Of a DNA stretch of 64,000 nt, positions 49,868 through 59,130 are shown one piece after another; position 1 is the first letter of the stretch; the number at the start of each line of letters is the position of its first letter. Where the stretch lies: contig JANQEX010000003.1 of NCBI GenBank assembly GCA_028278105.1, forward strand, positions 6,972-70,971, given 5' to 3'. Position numbers and translations under genes: made by a program. Below the pieces are notes generated by a model, which saw nothing but the letters and a program-made list of their open reading frames with translations, was not told the origin of the DNA and made no database searches. This DNA is from Alphaproteobacteria bacterium (GTDB lineage Bacteria; Pseudomonadota; Alphaproteobacteria; UBA9219; RGZA01).

Positions 49868-50209
49868 TCAAAACATCCGCACGCCGTCCGGCACCTTGCG
49901 GTCAAGGCCCAGAAGCACCACGGCGCCATTTTCGTCCGGCGCGCCCAGGGTCAGGACTTCCGACACAAAGGGGCCGATCTTCTTTTCGGGAAAATTCACG
50001 ACCGCCAGGACCTGCCGGCCCACAAGGTCTTCCGCCTTGTAATGCGCGGTGATCTGGGCGGATGATTTTTTCCGGCCGATCTCCGGTCCAAAATCGATTG
50101 TGAGCTTGCAGGCCGGCTTGCGCGCCTCAGGAAACGGCCGCACCTCGACAACGGTGCCCGCCCGGACGTCAACCTTCAGGAAATCCTCATGGGAAAGGGT
50201 GTTTTGCAT
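49868..50209 (-). CDS. csaA: tRNA-binding domain protein (CsaA/EMAP-like)
   Basis: FLKVDVRAGTVVEV...KLTIDFG...VLAVVNFPEKKIG, an OB-fold tRNA-binding signature. Confidence 0.8.
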   Translation of the reverse strand: MQNTLSHEDFLKVDVRAGTVVEVRPFPEARKPACKLTIDFGPEIGRKKSSAQITAHYKAEDLVGRQVLAVVNFPEKKIGPFVSEVLTLGAPDENGAVVLLGLDRKVPDGVRMF

Positions 50210-50292
50210 GGTTTTTTCCCAAGAAAAAGCCCCGGCCGTCTGCGCGCCGGGGCCCAGGACGCCCGGCCAAGGCCAGGCAAAAGGATACAATC

Positions 50293-50721
50293 CTATTTTT
50301 TCTGCCCGGAGGCCGCGCGGAACTGCGCAAAGGCATCACTTACGCGGGATGACACCATGTCCGCCGCCTGCTGCTGGAAGCCGGAAGCCATTTCCATCAA
50401 CTCCTTGCCGTTGGAGACGGCCTTTTCCATCGCGGCGCGGGCCATGTCGCTTTGCCCGCTGATTTTATCCTGCGGCGAGGAAGAAACATTTATCTTGCCA
50501 ATGGTCGCGGCATAATCGCGCACGCTGTCGCACCACATTTCACAGCCGCGCAGCATGATCGCCTGCGCGTTTTTCCACACCGCGTCGTTTGCCTGAAACC
50601 ATGCATTGACATTGCGCTGCTGCGCCGCGACCAGCGAACTGAAGTCGGGAACATAGTTGGAAAAATCTGTCGTGCCGAACACGTTGCAAAACGAACCATA
50701 CATATTGTTCTTTTTGGACAT
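50293..50721 (-). CDS. phasin-family (PHA granule-associated) protein
   Basis: 142 aa with a helical profile and the typical LVAAQQRNVNAWFQAND...ARAAMEKAVSNGKELMEM phasin-2-like pattern. Confidence 0.7.
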   Translation of the reverse strand: MSKKNNMYGSFCNVFGTTDFSNYVPDFSSLVAAQQRNVNAWFQANDAVWKNAQAIMLRGCEMWCDSVRDYAATIGKINVSSSPQDKISGQSDMARAAMEKAVSNGKELMEMASGFQQQAADMVSSRVSDAFAQFRAASGQKK

Positions 50722-50814
50722 GAGCGCAGCCCTCCTCGTTAAGGGGCTTTATACCTTAATACATGTTTCCGGTCACGCGATTCAGCACCACGCCGTTATG
50801 GAAACGATTTGACC

Positions 50815-51414
50815 TCAGGACAAACCAAGCCAGCTAACATACTTCTCAAGTCCTTTATCCAGGGCCGCCATGGTGGGGCTTAAATCGGCGCTTTCATCGT
50901 CCTTCCACTTCGCCCAGGCGCGTGAATAAACCAGCGGAAGAGCGCAAATCGCCGCTTCGGCACGGGGTTTGGAGGCTGAAAAATCAGCAAGATCGAGGAC
51001 AAGACGGGCGGACCGCCGCACCGCAGGCCCCATGGCGGCCACGAAGCAAACGGCGTCAAGAGGAGCAAGCTTCATATCCTCAACCAGCCGGACAAGCCCT
51101 GCCCGGTAGGGGCGCATGAGTTCGAGCCGCCGCATCAGAACCTCGAACAGGCGTTCCTTAAGATTGGCGCCCTCAAACCCGGTTCCGGCCAGCTTCCGGT
51201 CGATGAAGGAAAAAAACCGCGCCAGCAATTCCTGCCGGGAGCATCCATAGTCCATAAGCTGCGTCACGCTTACCTTTGCCGCGCGGGCGACGCGGGGCAG
51301 GGTCAGCGCGCGCCATCCCCGCCGCGCGATCAAGTCAAAACAAGCGGCATGGATACGTTCTTCCGTTTCGTCTGTTTTCCGGCTTGAGCTTTTTGCTGGC
51401 TTCTTCCGTGGCAT
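50815..51414 (-). CDS. TetR-family transcriptional regulator
   Basis: N-terminal HTH IHAACFDLIARRGWRALTLPRVARAAKVSVTQLMDY. The ATG lies 2 nt after the proC stop. Confidence 0.75.
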   Translation of the reverse strand: MPRKKPAKSSSRKTDETEERIHAACFDLIARRGWRALTLPRVARAAKVSVTQLMDYGCSRQELLARFFSFIDRKLAGTGFEGANLKERLFEVLMRRLELMRPYRAGLVRLVEDMKLAPLDAVCFVAAMGPAVRRSARLVLDLADFSASKPRAEAAICALPLVYSRAWAKWKDDESADLSPTMAALDKGLEKYVSWLGLS

Positions 51415-51415
51415 G

Positions 51416-52213
51416 CTACGCCCCTCCCGCAAGTTCCCTTGCCCGCGCCACGGCTGCCTGGAGCGCCCGCGACATCAGTTTTTCAAGCGCGGCATCATGC
51501 TTCAGCGTCCCAATCGCGGCTTCGGTCATGCCGCCTTTGACCGCAACGTTCTGATAGAGCGTGCGCAGGCTGGCGGGATCATCCTTGCAGCAAAGGGCGC
51601 TTCCCAAAAGCGTTTGCCGGGCCAGATCCCGCGCCAGGGCTGGGGAAAGGCCGAGCCGCGCCGCGCTTTCCGCCAGAACATCGGCCAGCATCCAGAAATA
51701 GGCCGGCCCGCAGCCGGAAAGCGCCGTTCCGGCGTCAATCAGCCCCTCGTCGGGAAGCCAGAAGCTTCGCCCCACGGGCGCAATAAGATATTCGGCCAGC
51801 GCCTTGTCCGGGCCCGTGGCGTTGCGCCCGGCCACAAGCAGCACCGCCGCTTCCCGCACGCGGGCGGCAAGATTGGGCATGGCGCGAACGACGCGCGCCG
51901 AAGGGCCAAGAATTTCCCCGTAAAGCGCCAGCGGCTTTCCGGCGGCGATGGTCAGAAACAGGCTGGAGGAATATTTCGCATAGTCCGGCAACACCTGTTC
52001 CAGCGCCTGCGGCCGGAGGGCGATAACCACCGCATCGGGCGCAAGACCATCGGGAAGCTCGTGCGCCGCCGGCACCGTCACTGCGCCATGCGGCGTGTCG
52101 TCGTCAAGGTTCGGATCGACGACATAAATGAGATCGGCAATGCGCGGCGACAGCCACGGCATCAGCATGGCCCGGCCCATATGGCCGCAGCCGACAAGGA
52201 GAAGGGTTTTCAT
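51416..52213 (-). CDS. proC: pyrroline-5-carboxylate reductase
   Basis: LLLVGCGHMGRAM Rossmann motif and C-terminal VAVKGGMTEAAI. Confidence 0.88.
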   Translation of the reverse strand: MKTLLLVGCGHMGRAMLMPWLSPRIADLIYVVDPNLDDDTPHGAVTVPAAHELPDGLAPDAVVIALRPQALEQVLPDYAKYSSSLFLTIAAGKPLALYGEILGPSARVVRAMPNLAARVREAAVLLVAGRNATGPDKALAEYLIAPVGRSFWLPDEGLIDAGTALSGCGPAYFWMLADVLAESAARLGLSPALARDLARQTLLGSALCCKDDPASLRTLYQNVAVKGGMTEAAIGTLKHDAALEKLMSRALQAAVARARELAGGA

Positions 52214-52298
52214 GCCTTTACTTATAATCCTTCACAAAAATATTCCTACGGAAATAAAATTTTCCCCATGAGCCATGCTTCTTCTTATGGAAAGGTCT

Positions 52299-52510
52299 TC
52301 CCTCCCCCTTCCCCCTCCCGGAGGGAGGGAGTGCGGTTTTTATTCCCCTCCCTTTGGGAGGGGTTAGGGGAAGGGATCAAGGGGTGGGGTTTTGTGAAAG
52401 GGCCGTGAGGGCCGGAAGGGTCAATGGGGATCAACGAAAAAGACCCTCTTGACCCTTATGACCCTTGAGACCCTGTTTCTAACGCCTCAACCTCTCCCTC
52501 AGGAGAGGAA
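52299..52510. repeat. palindromic repeat, family B (composite form)
   Basis: CCCTCCCGGAGGGAGGG, CCCCTCCCTTTGGGAGGGGTTAGGGGAAGGGATCAAGGGGTGGGG...GAAGGGTCAATGGGGATC...GACCCTCTTGACCCTTATGACCCTTGAGACCC...CCTCTCCCTCAGGAGAGG. Confidence 0.7.
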
Positions 52511-52513
52511 AAA

Positions 52514-53017
52514 TCACGCCCGTCCCGCCGGGTCGAGTATCGCGGCGGTCATGGCCTCGGCGGCGTTCTTGCCGCCCCAGATAACATACTGGAATGAGGG
52601 ATAGAACCGCTCGCTCTCGGTCAGGGCGATCTCCACCATGTCTTCCAGCTGCTCCAGCGCGGGGCCGGGGCTGCCGCGATAAAGGCTGGTATAGCGGAAG
52701 AGCGGGGTTTTCTCCTCCGTGCACAGGTCGAAATGGCCGAACCACAGGCGATTGTTGACGAGGCCGATCAACTCATACGCTTTCGCCTCGCGTCCTTCGG
52801 GCACCCGCATGTCGAACTGGCAGGTGAACTGAAGCGCGTTGATGTCGCGCTGCCAGAGAAAATACATCCTGTACCGGCACCAGGCGCCGCTCATCTCCAC
52901 CACCATTTCATCGTCATGCGTACGCTCGAAATGCCACTGGTTGGCCAGCACGATCTCCTCAACCATGTCGAGCGGGTTGGGGGGCGGCGGCGTTGTTTCC
53001 TGCAACAACATGGTCAT
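52514..53017 (-). CDS. YbjN-domain (putative sensory transduction/chaperone-like) protein
   Basis: MVEEIVLANQWHFERTHDDEMVVEMSGAWCRYRMYFLW...NNRLWFGHFDL. The ATG at 53017 is preferred. Confidence 0.7.
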   Translation of the reverse strand: MTMLLQETTPPPPNPLDMVEEIVLANQWHFERTHDDEMVVEMSGAWCRYRMYFLWQRDINALQFTCQFDMRVPEGREAKAYELIGLVNNRLWFGHFDLCTEEKTPLFRYTSLYRGSPGPALEQLEDMVEIALTESERFYPSFQYVIWGGKNAAEAMTAAILDPAGRA

Positions 53018-53262
53018 GAAAAAAATCTCCCGGAAGAGCCCTGTCGGGGGCTTTGTGCGCGGCGCGGCCTGAAAGGAGACCGGCGCGACAGGTTGGGAGG
53101 CTCGCATAACCGGAATCCGCGCCGCAAGAGTCCGGTCAGGTGATTTGCCGGGTTCGATGAATGTGTGATTCTTTTGGCACGGCTTGCGGTGGAACCTTAA
53201 GGAAGGTTGATGCGCGCGCCGTGGTTGTTTTGACTCAATTGCTTGATCTTTTCCAAGCCGAT

Positions 53263-53556
53263 TCAATTTTTCCGTTTCGCGCGGCGCGGACGGGATGCGG
53301 GTCTCTTCACGGGTTTTGAATCCCTGTCAAGCTGACTCAGCCTGTGCATAAGCTGTTCCTGAATCGCCCGCGTCTCTTTCACCATGGCGCGAAGCTGATC
53401 GAACTCCTCCCGCGTCACCAGCTTGAGTCGTTTGGCGAGATGTTCCATGCGGTCCATTCCCAACGCCTCCACCTCGCGCCGAAGATGGGTAGCCGAGACC
53501 AGAGCCTCGCTGCCCAGCTTGCCAAGCTTGCCCAGAATTTTTTCACGGCGGGTCAT
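53263..53556 (-). CDS. ubiK: UbiK/YqiC-family accessory factor
   Basis: 97-aa coiled-coil protein with LVTREEFDQLRAMVKETRAIQEQL. Confidence 0.7.
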   Translation of the reverse strand: MTRREKILGKLGKLGSEALVSATHLRREVEALGMDRMEHLAKRLKLVTREEFDQLRAMVKETRAIQEQLMHRLSQLDRDSKPVKRPASRPRRAKRKN

Positions 53557-53654
53557 GTTCGCTCCAGGGAAAACGGGATCGGATATGGCCGCATCCTAAT
53601 ACACATTCCCCGCTTGCGCCAGAAGCCGCGCCTGTTCACAATCGCGGCATCGCC

Positions 53655-54452
53655 ATGAGCCTCGCCTTTCCTTCCATCGATCCCGTCGCCATCCAGATCG
53701 GCCCCCTTGCGGTGCGCTGGTACGCGCTGGCCTATCTGGCCGGCGTCGGCCTTGGCTGGCTCTACGCGCGGTATCTGGCAAAACGCGCCAAGGACGGGCC
53801 CGCGCCGCGCTATTACAGCGACGCGATAAGCTGGATCGTGGTGGGGATGCTGCTGGGCGGGCGGCTGGGCTATATTCTCTTCTACAACGCCATCCATTAT
53901 ATGCATCACCCGCTGGAAGCCTTGATGCTGTGGCGGGGCGGCATGTCCTTTCACGGCGGCGCGCTGGGCGTGATCGTGGCCTGCTGGCTGTTCTGCAAAA
54001 TCAGGCGGATTCCCTACCTCGCCTTCATGGACCCGATTGCCTGCGCCGCGCCCATCGGCCTGTTCTTCGGGCGCATCGCCAATTTTATAAACGGCGAATT
54101 GTTCGGACGGACAACCGGCGCGTCCTGGGGCATGATCTTTCCCCATGGGGGCGATTTGCCCCGCCATCCCAGCCAGCTTTACGAGGCGGGGCTGGAAGGC
54201 CTGGGCCTGTGCATCATTCTCGGTATTTTTGCTCATATGAATTCTTTCAGGGAACGCGCCGGTTTTCTTTCCGGCGCGTTTCTGGCGTTCTATGCCGCTT
54301 TCCGCGCCTTTGTCGAAAACTTCCGCGAGCCGGACGCGCAACTCGGCTATCTGTGGGGCGGGCTGACCATGGGACAGATTCTATGCATTCCCATGGGAAT
54401 CCTCGGCCTCTACCTGATGCGGCGCGCCTTCCGCAAATCCGCCGCCGCATGA
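53655..54452 (+). CDS. lgt: prolipoprotein diacylglyceryl transferase
   Basis: IQIGPLAVRWYALAYLAG, GGMSFHGGALG, GRIANFINGELFGR, HPSQLYEA. Confidence 0.92.
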   Translation: MSLAFPSIDPVAIQIGPLAVRWYALAYLAGVGLGWLYARYLAKRAKDGPAPRYYSDAISWIVVGMLLGGRLGYILFYNAIHYMHHPLEALMLWRGGMSFHGGALGVIVACWLFCKIRRIPYLAFMDPIACAAPIGLFFGRIANFINGELFGRTTGASWGMIFPHGGDLPRHPSQLYEAGLEGLGLCIILGIFAHMNSFRERAGFLSGAFLAFYAAFRAFVENFREPDAQLGYLWGGLTMGQILCIPMGILGLYLMRRAFRKSAAA

Positions 54453-55528
54453 CGCCGCTTGAGCAATTCATCCGCGCCCATATCGCCCGGCACGGGCCCG
54501 TGACCTTCGCGCAATTCATGGAATGGGCCATGCGTCACCCGCAACACGGCTATTATATCACCCGCGACCCGCTGGGCAGCGGCGGCGATTTCGTCACCGG
54601 CCCGGAAATCAGCCAGATGTTCGGCGAGATGCTGGCGCTGTGGTGCGTGGATGGCTGGATGAAAATGGGCGCGCCCGCCGCTTTCGCCCTGGCCGAGGGC
54701 GGGCCGGGCCGCGGCACGCTGATGGAAGACATGCTGCGCACCGTTGGCAAGGCGCCCGACTTCCTGAAAGCCGCCCATGTGACCCTGATCGAAAAAAGCC
54801 CCGCCCTGCGCGCGAAGCAGAAAGAACGGCTTTCGGATCATGCCGTGGCATGGGCGGAAACGCCGGAGGAACTGCCGCCCCTCCCCCTGCTGTTCTTCGC
54901 CAATGAACTGCTGGACACCTTCGCCATTCACCGCTTTATCAAAAACGGAAACGGCTGGGCGGAACAGGGGCTGACCGTGGAGAACGGTAAACTTGCCTTT
55001 TGTCCGCTGGCCCTGCCCGACGCCCTGCGGCCCGTCCTCGCCCAGCCGGCCTATACGCAGGCGCCGTCCGGCTCCCATGCCGAAATCAGCCCCGACAGCG
55101 CGGCGTGGTTCGGCGTCATCGTCCGTCATGTCGCCAGGCATGGCGGGGCGGCGCTGTTCATCGATTACGGCTATGAGGGTCCGGTGGCCATCGACACGGT
55201 GCAGGCAATCCGCGCCGGAAACGCCGCGCCGCTGCTGGAAGACCCCGGCGAGGTCGATATCACCGCCTATCTTGATTTCGGCGCGCTGCGGCGCGTGGCG
55301 GAAAAAGAAGGGCTGGCCTCATACCCCTTGCTGCTGCAACGCGACTTCCTGCTTCGCTGCGGCATCTTCCACCGCGTGAAGATCCTGAAGCAAAATGCCC
55401 GGCCCGACCAGCAGGCAAGCATCGACACCGACCTTGAAAGGCTGCTCTCCGGCAATCACATGGGCGTTCTGTTCAAGGTTTTTTGCGTGGCCCACCCCTC
55501 CCTGCCGCCCTTGCTGGGGTTCCAATAA
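54449..55528 (+). CDS. MidA/NDUFAF7-family SAM-dependent methyltransferase (DUF185)
   Basis: FAQFMEWAMRHPQHGYY...GDFVTGPEISQMFGEMLA...EGGPGRGTLMEDML. The ATG overlaps the lgt stop. Confidence 0.85.
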   Translation: MTPLEQFIRAHIARHGPVTFAQFMEWAMRHPQHGYYITRDPLGSGGDFVTGPEISQMFGEMLALWCVDGWMKMGAPAAFALAEGGPGRGTLMEDMLRTVGKAPDFLKAAHVTLIEKSPALRAKQKERLSDHAVAWAETPEELPPLPLLFFANELLDTFAIHRFIKNGNGWAEQGLTVENGKLAFCPLALPDALRPVLAQPAYTQAPSGSHAEISPDSAAWFGVIVRHVARHGGAALFIDYGYEGPVAIDTVQAIRAGNAAPLLEDPGEVDITAYLDFGALRRVAEKEGLASYPLLLQRDFLLRCGIFHRVKILKQNARPDQQASIDTDLERLLSGNHMGVLFKVFCVAHPSLPPLLGFQ

Positions 55529-55609
55529 GCTTCCCCCATGCTCTTTGCCGTCATAAAACGATGTGAAGGGACCTTCGTCGTCGTGCGTATCAAAAACCGA
55601 CATGATCGC

Positions 55610-55933
55610 CTATACATCCTCGAACGGGTCCGGCTCGGGTGGTATGGTCACGTAGACGACATATCTCTGTGGATCAAGTTCCCGCTCAAGCTGCTCCACG
55701 GCCTCATCCATCAATCGCCAGAAGTGCTTTTTTTCTTCGACGCTCCCGCGCCGCTCAATCTCGTTCACACTCAAAAATTCGTTATGATAATCCATTACAG
55801 CCTGAAGCTTCTGGCGGCATTCCCGACTTAGATTGAGTTTCCGTGACTCAATCGGCATGTACCCCCCTGCGCTTAGGTTACATATGATGTCAATACCAAA
55901 AACAGAACCAATTTCCAGTCGAATGGCCGTCAT
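55610..55933 (-). CDS. hypothetical small protein (up to 107 aa; possible antitoxin-like partner)
   Basis: ORF in a lower-GC patch. The ATG at 55933 overlaps the stop of the upstream small ORF (ATGA). There is an alternative start at 55858. Confidence 0.4.
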   Translation of the reverse strand: MTAIRLEIGSVFGIDIICNLSAGGYMPIESRKLNLSRECRQKLQAVMDYHNEFLSVNEIERRGSVEEKKHFWRLMDEAVEQLERELDPQRYVVYVTIPPEPDPFEDV

Positions 55934-56097
55934 GATACCTCTCGTGGGAATGCCGTAACAACATACCCATTTTTGCTGACTACTACCATAATTTTGTACT
56001 CTTTCTCTTTCATAACAGCGCGGACAGACCCCCCTCCCTTTGGGAGGGGAATAATACCAACGATCTTAATAAACTGATCCATCCCATAAGGAGGCAT
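55930..56097 (-). CDS. hypothetical small protein, possibly a truncated toxin-like remnant
   Basis: The C-terminus KEYKIMVVVSKNGYVVTAFPREVS resembles the tail of small toxin families. The N-terminal part runs into repeat sequence and no SD is visible. Confidence 0.3.
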   Translation of the reverse strand: MPPYGMDQFIKIVGIIPLPKGGGSVRAVMKEKEYKIMVVVSKNGYVVTAFPREVS

Positions 56098-56238
56098 GTC
56101 ATGCCCGCGAAGGCGGGCATCCACGCTTGAAATCCAAATAAACCCAAAGATAATAAGCGTGGCCCCCGCCGGAGCCTGCCCCCCACGCAGGCGGGGGCGG
56201 GGGTGACGGGTTACTTTTGGCGTGTGTCTGTTCATAAG
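56098..56238. mobile_element. MITE-like element, family C-related, copy 3
   Basis: GTCATGCCCGCGAAGGCGGGCATCCACGCT...AGCGTGG...GGGGGTGACGGGTTACTTTTGGCGTGTGTCTGTTCATAAG. Its right end is the inverted form of the family C left end. Confidence 0.6.
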
Positions 56239-56270
56239 CCTTTTGGTTAATAATATCCCCTGCCCAAATC

Positions 56271-57047
56271 ATGAGCGATACGCCTGTTTTCCTCACTCAC
56301 CCGGCACTGAACAACAAGAAATCCTGCCACGGCTTCTTTACGCGCGAAGGCGGCGTGAGCGCCGGCCTGTTTTCCTCGCTGAATTGCAGGTACAAATCGA
56401 AGGACGATCCTGAAAACATACGCGAGAATTTGCGGCGCGTGGCGGATGCGTCGCGGATCGCGCCGCAAAATCTCCTGACCTGCCGGCAAATCCATTCCAG
56501 CCATGTCCTCACGGTTGAAAAGCCCTGGCCGCCGCATGAACGGCCGGAAGCGGACGGCATGGTCACCACGCAAAAGGGCTTTGGCCTTGGGATCCTCACC
56601 GCCGATTGCGCGCCGGTGCTTTTTCATGACGAAAAAGCCGGCGTGGCTGGCGCGGCGCATGCCGGGTGGAAAGGCGCGCGGCGCGGCGTCATGGAAAACA
56701 CCCTCGCCGCCATGGAAAAGCTTGGCGCGTCCCGGCAAGACATCCGCGCCGTGATCGGCCCCTGCATTCAGCAGAATTCCTATGAAGTGGGGCCGGAGTT
56801 TATGGAAGACTTTTTAAAACAGGACCGGGAGAACGGGGCTTTTTTCAAAAAATCGGAAAAGCCCGGCCATTTTCTGTTCGATCTCCCCGGCTATTGCCGG
56901 CGCCGGCTGAAATGGGCGGGCGTCGAGACGCACAGTCTCGGTCTTGATACCTGTTCGGATGAGGCGCGGTTTTTCAGCTACCGCCGCCGCACCCTTCGCG
57001 GCGAGCCCACTCACGGCACGCTGGTTTCGGTGATCGCGCTGGCCTAG
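56271..57047 (+). CDS. pgeF: peptidoglycan editing factor PgeF (YfiH/laccase-domain protein)
   Basis: QIHSSHV, ADGMVT, TADCAPVLF and HAGWKGA motifs. Confidence 0.88.
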   Translation: MSDTPVFLTHPALNNKKSCHGFFTREGGVSAGLFSSLNCRYKSKDDPENIRENLRRVADASRIAPQNLLTCRQIHSSHVLTVEKPWPPHERPEADGMVTTQKGFGLGILTADCAPVLFHDEKAGVAGAAHAGWKGARRGVMENTLAAMEKLGASRQDIRAVIGPCIQQNSYEVGPEFMEDFLKQDRENGAFFKKSEKPGHFLFDLPGYCRRRLKWAGVETHSLGLDTCSDEARFFSYRRRTLRGEPTHGTLVSVIALA

Positions 57048-57100
57048 AAATGCAGTCATGGCCAATTCCAAGAATGCTTTTACGAAACAAGGATAACCGA

Positions 57101-57232
57101 ACTCCCCTCCCCTTGAGGGAGGGGTTGGGGGTGGGGTGGAGCGTGGTACCTTCAAAGCCTTGCCATTTACGCTATTGGCAACCGGCGGACCCCACCCCTT
57201 GATCCCCTCCCTCAAGGGGAGGGGAAAAGTTC
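57101..57232. repeat. palindromic repeat, family B outer module without the GGGTC core
   Basis: ACTCCCCTCCCCTTGAGGGAGGGGTTGGGGGTGGGGTGGAGCG...GACCCCACCCCTTGATCCCCTCCCTCAAGGGGAGGGG. Confidence 0.65.
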
Positions 57233-57327
57233 CATCACAAAAGTAGTCTTGTGATTGATTGTTATATTCCAGATTGCTTCGCCATGTCATGCACGGCTCG
57301 CATGACGCTCCAGTTAAACCCGGACCC

Positions 57328-58128
57328 CTAGATGAATATCGTGCCCGTTAGATACGTGACGGCGCTCCCGGCGATATGCACCCTGTCCCCATCCAGCCGG
57401 CACGCCAACGCGCCGCCGCGCGGTGAAACCTGAAAAGCGCGCATGTCCGTTTTGCCAAGGCGCGCCGCCCAATAGGGAATCAAATGGCAATGCGCCGAAC
57501 CGGTGACGGGATCCTCCGGCATCGCGTCTCCGGGGCAGAAAAAGCGGCTGACAAAATCCGCCGTCCGTCCCGGCGCGGTCACCGAAACGCGCGCGGGCCG
57601 GCCAGGTTTGTTCAGCCGCTCCATGATTTGATAGTTGGGCGCGATGTGGCGAATGGTTTCCTCATCCTCAAACACCACGACATAATCCCGCGCCATCAGC
57701 ACCTCGCGCGGGCGCGCGCCGCCGAGACCTTGCAGCAACTCCGGGGGATAGTCTTCAAGCGGCGCGGGCGGCCGGGAAGGAAAGTCCATCGAATAAAGGT
57801 CTCCCGCGCGCGCCACCCGCAAATCCCCCGCCTTGCGCGTGCGGAACAGCACATGCGGGGCGGAAAAGCCCAGATGCGCATAAAGCACATGCGCCGCGGC
57901 CAGCGTCGCGTGACCGCAAAGGTCGATTTCCTCCAAAACCGTGAACCATCGCAATTCAAGGCCGTCTTTCGCCGGGACGAAAAACGCCGTTTCCGAAAGA
58001 TTGTTTTCACGGGTGATGGCGAAAAGAACATCGTCGGGCAGCCATTCCTTGAGCGGCACCACGGCGGCGGGATTGCCCTTGAAAACGGCATCGGCAAAGG
58101 CGTCGGCCTGATAGAATGGCAGCTCCAT
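57328..58128 (-). CDS. PhzF-family isomerase
   Basis: FYQADAFADAVFKGNPAAVV...NLSETAFF...CGHATLAAAH. Confidence 0.85.
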   Translation of the reverse strand: MELPFYQADAFADAVFKGNPAAVVPLKEWLPDDVLFAITRENNLSETAFFVPAKDGLELRWFTVLEEIDLCGHATLAAAHVLYAHLGFSAPHVLFRTRKAGDLRVARAGDLYSMDFPSRPPAPLEDYPPELLQGLGGARPREVLMARDYVVVFEDEETIRHIAPNYQIMERLNKPGRPARVSVTAPGRTADFVSRFFCPGDAMPEDPVTGSAHCHLIPYWAARLGKTDMRAFQVSPRGGALACRLDGDRVHIAGSAVTYLTGTIFI

Positions 58129-58131
58129 GCG

Positions 58132-59130
58132 CTACGTCCACAGCCCGATGATATCCTTCACCTCCCGCACATGGCGGGATGCCAGCGGGCGGGCGCGAGC
58201 CGCCGCTTCTTTCATCAGGCGGTCGATCTCGGCTTCATCCTTCATAAAATCGCGCATTTTCGCGGTGAGGGGCGAAAGCACGGCCACCGCCAGATCGGCG
58301 AAGTCTTTCTTGAACCCGGAAAAATTCCTGCCCGCGTGACGCGCCAGAACGTCCTTTTTCGGCTTTCCCTCCAGCGCCGCGAAAAGCGTGACCAGGTTGT
58401 CGGCCTCCGGCCTTTTGGCGAGGTCCTCCAGCGTTTCCGAAATCGGGTGCGGGTCGGTCTTCGCCTTCTGGATTTTCCTGCGGATGGCGTCAGGATCGTC
58501 GGTCAGGTTGATGCGCGAATAATCGCTTTCGTCCGACTTGCTCATTTTCCTCGCGCCGTCGCGCAGGCTCATTACCCGCGTGGCCTCGCCCAGGATCTGC
58601 GGCTCAGGCAGCGGAAAATAATCCACGCCATAATGGCGGTTGAAGGCTCCCGCCACGTCGCGCGAAAGCTCCAGATGCTGCTTCTGGTCCTCCCCCACCG
58701 GCACATGGGTGGCCTTGTAGACAAGAATATCGGCCGCCATCAGCACCGGGTAGGAATAAAGCCCCAGCAATTCCAGATCGCGGTTTTTGGCCGCCTTGTC
58801 CTTGAACTGGGTCATGCGGTTCAGCCAGCCCAGCGGCGTGTGGTTGGACAGCAGCCAATGCAAATAAGCATGTTCCGGCACGGCGCTCTGCGCAAAGACC
58901 GGGCAACGCTTCGGGTCAACTCCCGCGGCGAAATAGGCCGCCGCCGTCTCGCGCGTGTTGCGGGCGAGCCGGGACGGGTCCTGCGGCAGGGTGAGCGCGT
59001 GCAGATCCACCACGCAGTAAAGGCACTCATAATCCTTCTGCAGCGCCACCCAGTTGCGCAACGCCCCCAGATAATTGCCGAGGTGAAGCTCCCCCGTGGG
59101 CTGCATGCCGGAAAAGATGCGGCGCGTCAT
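58132..59130 (-). CDS. trpS: tryptophan-tRNA ligase
   Basis: SGMQPTGELHLGNYLGAL (HIGH-type motif) and KMSKS. Confidence 0.93.
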   Translation of the reverse strand: MTRRIFSGMQPTGELHLGNYLGALRNWVALQKDYECLYCVVDLHALTLPQDPSRLARNTRETAAAYFAAGVDPKRCPVFAQSAVPEHAYLHWLLSNHTPLGWLNRMTQFKDKAAKNRDLELLGLYSYPVLMAADILVYKATHVPVGEDQKQHLELSRDVAGAFNRHYGVDYFPLPEPQILGEATRVMSLRDGARKMSKSDESDYSRINLTDDPDAIRRKIQKAKTDPHPISETLEDLAKRPEADNLVTLFAALEGKPKKDVLARHAGRNFSGFKKDFADLAVAVLSPLTAKMRDFMKDEAEIDRLMKEAAARARPLASRHVREVKDIIGLWT

